A stretch of DNA of 33,675 bases from Cyanophora paradoxa CCMP329 (taxonomy: Eukaryota; Plantae; Glaucophyta): contig QPMI01000703.1 of assembly GCA_004431415.1 (NCBI GenBank), positions 1 through 33,675 of the forward strand, in the 5' to 3' direction. The position numbers and the translations under genes are program-made. Below the pieces are notes generated by a model. The model was not told where the DNA came from. It searched no databases and was given only the letters and a program-made list of their open reading frames with translations. This document shows positions 29,730 to 33,675 of this stretch, piece after piece (the first letter of the stretch is position 1; every line of letters starts with the position of its first letter).

Positions 29730-32700
29730 TCAGAGCTTCAAGCCTCTGAAGGCTACCCTGGGGGCTCGGAGGGCAGCGATGAGAAGGCAGCGTCCGGTCA
29801 GAGAGCGCTGGAGGAAGCGGCGGGGGCCGCGCCGAACGCGAACGAGGCCGGGGGGAAGGCGGCGCCGCCCCACGGCCACGCCGCCGACTGCCCCACGGCG
29901 TGCCCCGGCGAGCCGACGTCGACTGCAGCGGCCGGCGCGGCCGGAGGCGGGGGGGCGGGGTGCGGAAAACTGGCGAGGCGGTAGCCAGGAAGGACATGTA
30001 GGAGGGGTGCGGCGCGGACGGGAACGCGGTGGGCTGGGGTACACGGCGCCGCGCTCGCAGAAGACGGGCGTCGCGGCGTGGAAGGAGGGCGCAGCGCGCC
30101 CCCCGCCGGAGGGGCTGCGGGGGCGCGGCCGGGGCGCCGGGCGAGGCCAGCCGGGCGCCGAAGGGCCGGCCGTCGGGACGCCCCCGGGTGGAAGACGGGC
30201 GCGGGGGAGTGGAAGACGGGCGCGGGTGCAGGGGCGGCCTGTGAGGGCGGCATTGATACGGGCGCTGAGAAGGGCTGGAGGGGAAAGGCGGGGCGAGGGG
30301 CGGGGCGGCGGGGCGGGGGCATCGGGGCGCGGAGGAGGAGCGGGGGCGGGGCGGAGGAAGGGCCGGGGAGCAGGGCGGCGCCGGGCGGCCGGGAAGGGCG
30401 CGGAGGAGGCGAGGGCGCAGGCGGCGCTGCGGCGCGAGCGGCCGGCGCCTGCCTGCGCGGGCAGGCGGCGACGCCCGGCGGCATGAAGGGCGCCGGGCGC
30501 GGGGCGGGGCGGGAGAGGGGCGGGAGGGGGCGGGCGCGGGGCCGGCGCGTCGTCGAGCAGGAGCGCCGCCAGGAGCGCCGCCTCCTCCTCGTCCTCGTCG
30601 TCCTCCCCCCGTACCCGGGCGGCCGCGCGGGTGTACCCCGATCCTCCTCCTGCGGCGCGGGCCCCGGGCGGCGCGGGCGGCGAAGTCTGGATCTGGACGA
30701 CGGGAGCGGTGCGCGCCGGCGGCTCCGTCGACGCCGCCTGTGGGGCCAGCGCGGCGACCGGCGACGGCGGGGGCGCGCTACTGGCGGCGGGAGGCGGCTG
30801 CTGCTGGCGCGGCTTTGCCTGCGAGAAGCGCGGCGCGGGCGGCGGGGACCGGGGCGCGGGCCGACCGGGGAGGCGGGGCGGCGGGGAGGGCTGCGGGGCG
30901 GCGCGGCAGAGGGCGGCCCCGCGGAGAAGAGCCTCTGGGCGGGCGGAGGGCCGCCGCCCTCTCCGGCCCCTCCGACGCCGGCGCATCGGGCGGGGAAGAT
31001 GCCCGCGGGGCGCTCGCGTGCGGCCTTTGCAGAGCTGTCGGGGCCTCCGCCTGCGCGGGGCCGCCTTGGCCGCCTCCGCCTCCTTGCGCTGCCCGCCGCC
31101 TCAGCCGGGAGCAGAGGGGGCGTGAGAACCGCCGGTCGCACCTTGGGCGGGGCAGGGGACACGGCGGGCGGGGCCTGCGGGGGCGGCGAGGCGGCAGCGC
31201 TGCCGGCCGCGTGCGGCTGCGGCTGCTGCTGAGGCCGCCGCCGCTGCTGCGGTTTCGCCTGCGCCGGGGCTCAGCGGGACCCAGGAAGTTGGGCAGCCAC
31301 GCGGGCACCTGCTGCGGGGCGGGACGGGCGACGGCCCCGCCGGCGAGGGCGGCGAAGACGCCCCTGTACCCCCCAAGCGATTCTCCCTCCACCTCCTCGT
31401 CCTCCTCTTCGTCGCTCGGTTTGCCGCTCGCTTTGGGGCCGGATGCACGCCCCGCCGCCGCGGCGGCGGCGGCGGCGGCGGGCGTCTTTGCCGAAGTTGG
31501 GGAGCGCGAGGGCCCCCGGCGGGCGCCCGGCCGCGCCCGAGCCGGCCGCGCGAGGCTCCGGGGCGGGCGGCGCCTTCGGGGGCTCCTGATCGGGGGCCGG
31601 CCTGGCGGGGGCGCTGCTCGCCTCGAGGGCCCTCTCGCGGGCCCCTGCGGGGGCGCCGGCGCCGGGGACGCCGCCTTCTTCCCCGCCGCCTTCGGCCTCG
31701 CCGGGGCGGCCGCCCTCGCCTCCCCCGCCCCCGCTGCCCGCACCCGTCCGAGGCGGCGAGGAGGCCGGCGGGGCGGGGCAGGGCGGCACCTGGGCGGCCC
31801 GGGCGGCTCCAGCAGCTCCACCAGCGCCGCCGCCGCCTCCAGCGCCTCTGCGCCCGCTCAGCGCCCCTGCGGGCGGATGCGAGGGGCAGGGCGGACCCGG
31901 GAGGGCGGCGGCGCAGGCGGCCGGCGCCCGGTCGGGAGGGTGCCGAGGGCGGCGCGAAGGGATGCGGCGGCGCCCGTCGCGCGCAGCCGCTCCCGCGTGG
32001 GGCCTGCTCGCCCGCCTCGGCGGAGGGCGCACGGGCCGGGGCGAGGGTCGGCGGGGCGGACCGTGGGCGGCGAGCGAGGCGAGGGCGGCGAGGGCGGTGC
32101 GCGCTTCCCCCGCGTCCCTGTCGGGGCGCTTCGGCGGGGCGGGGGCGGGGAAGCGCGGGCGGGCACCCTTCGCGGGCGATGCGGAGGAGGGGCCCGGCGG
32201 CGCCGGCCTGCGCCAGGGCGGCCCGCTCGCGGTCTGCGCGCGTCAGGCGGGCGGATGTCGGGCGGGGGCGGGGGCGGGCGGGCGCGCACCGAGGAGCGAG
32301 GTAGTGGCGAGGCAGGCGGCCGCCTCCACCGCAAGCGCCCTGCGCCCCGTGAGCCCTCCCCGCGCCCCCGAGGGCCCCACGGCGCCGCGCACGGGTCGGG
32401 CGACTTGAGGAGCGGGGCGAGGGCGGCGGCGCGCCCCTGCAGGAAGCTTCCGTCTGCGCTCTGGCTTGAGCGGGAGCGAGCTGACGGCGAACCGGCCGGC
32501 GCGCGGCTTTCACGGGGCGGACCGAGGGCGGAGAGGCGGCGGGCGGCCTCGAGGGCGGCCGGGGCGCCCTTGTCGAGCGCCTCCAGCACCGCCCCTCGCG
32601 CCCCGGGCGACCCCGCCAGCGCCGGCCCCGCTGCCCCGGCCGGCGTCAGGCGGGGCGAGGGGCGGGGAGGATCGTGCCCAGGGGGCACCGGCGTCGAGGA

Positions 32701-33675
32701 GCTCGCGGAGGAGGGGGCGGGCGGCGGGGGGCGCGGCGCGGGCGAGGAGGGCGGCGAGGAGCGGGCCGGCCGCCTCCGCGAAGTCGGCGGGGGCGGCCGG
32801 CGGCGGAGGCGAGGGCGAGCAGCGAGGCGAGGCCCTGGCGGCCGCCTCGAAGGGGGCGGCGGGTCGGGCCCCGCGGCGGCGGCGGCGGCGACGAGGGAGG
32901 CGACGGGGGCGAGGAGGGCGCCGGGGGCCGGGCCGGCGTGCTTGGGCCCGAGGAGGGGCAGCAGGTGCGCGAGGGCGGCGGCGGCGAGGGCGCGGGGCGG
33001 CAGCGGGCACGCCGTGTCCCGCAGGAGCGACTCGAGGGCCGGGGCGGCGCCCCGAGGCAGGCGCGGCGGTGACGGGGGCGCCCGCGGGGGCGCCGGGCCG
33101 CGCGAGGGCCGCCGCCACGCCCGCCACGAGGCTCGCCGCCGCCAGCCGCGCCGCCGCCGGCCCGCCCGCAGCACCTGCCCCCGTGAGCCGGGCGAGGCGA
33201 GGGTGGCGAGGGCGGGGGGGATGGGGGCGGACGGGGCCGAGGCGGGCGGCGCAGGCGTGCAGGTGCGGGCTCTGGCGGCCCGCCCGCCGCCTCCTCCGTC
33301 GCCACGAGGCCCCGGCCGCCACGCACGCCGCCCCGCGCACTCCGCCGGCCTGCAGGTGGTCGGCGGCCGGCGGGGCGGGGCGGGCGGGGCGGGCGGACGC
33401 GGCGGCGAGGAAGGAGAGGGCGGCCTCGGCGGCGGCGGCCGCCGCCTTCGGGTCGCCCTGCGCCCCGTCCGGGCTCGGGTGCGGGGCGGCGAGCGGGGCG
33501 GGGCGGGGTGCGGTGCGGACGGCGCGGGGCGAGGCGTGCGGGGCGAGGAGGCCGGCGAGGCGCAGCGGCGCGGGGATCTCGAAGGGGTCGGAGGCCGTCG
33601 CGAAGAGGCGCGGCGCGGCGCCGGCGGCGGCTCGCAGGCACGCCGGTACACCCCGACGCGTCCTCAGAGAGGGCC
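29730..33675 (-). CDS. Large ARM/HEAT-like helical-repeat protein with a long Pro/Ala low-complexity C-terminus; probably 5'-partial
   Basis: Amphipathic helical exons: ALESLLRDTACPLPPRALAAAALAHLL, ADFAEAAGPLLAALL, AAALAPLLKSPDP, VEAAACLA, RAALAQAGAAGPLLRIARE. Both boundaries are approximate. Confidence 0.5.

Noticed and set aside
1-33675. Most long Arg/Pro/Gly/Ala-rich ORFs in the six-frame track
   Set aside because: Stops are rare at this GC level. These ORFs are antisense, off-frame or intron read-through, and the real proteins appear only after splicing.
1-33675. tRNA, rRNA or other structured RNA genes
   Set aside because: None recognisable by eye; a covariance-model search would be needed to exclude them.

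Overview
Very GC-rich, gene-dense nuclear DNA from a photosynthetic eukaryote. It carries plastid-targeted CCB1 and DUF3493-type proteins, and the MQAFV-type transit peptide start suggests a glaucophyte or red-lineage alga (inference only). Genes are split by many short introns (roughly 30-110 nt), so most long Arg/Pro/Gly ORFs in the supplied track are artefacts. I rebuilt gene models by hand, and homopolymer indels, probably long-read errors, break several frames. Host genes in order: a DUF3493 + catechol-O-methyltransferase fusion, an unknown protein, a KH-like/J-domain protein, a secreted Phytophthora GP42-type transglutaminase with a Pep-13-like motif, a C2-domain protein, an unknown protein, CCB1 fused to a DnaJ-type Zn finger, a short unknown protein, a FAD-dependent oxidoreductase, and a partial ARM/HEAT-like protein. 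A near-identical 4.29-kb tandem duplication (9614-13900 / 13901-18192) copies the J-domain gene and half of the transglutaminase gene. A lower-GC, intron-poor island (about 5.0-9.55 kb) holds four co-oriented ORFs including an intact GNAT, plus (GGGACTT)n arrays, a CGATCGCG array, and hairpin + 17-bp direct-repeat boundaries; it looks like a mobile or virus-derived element. The host introns are unusual: many AG|GC donors with weak U1 match, no polypyrimidine tract, and C-rich 5' arms complementary to G-rich 3' arms. All protein family calls are from motif recognition, not database searches.
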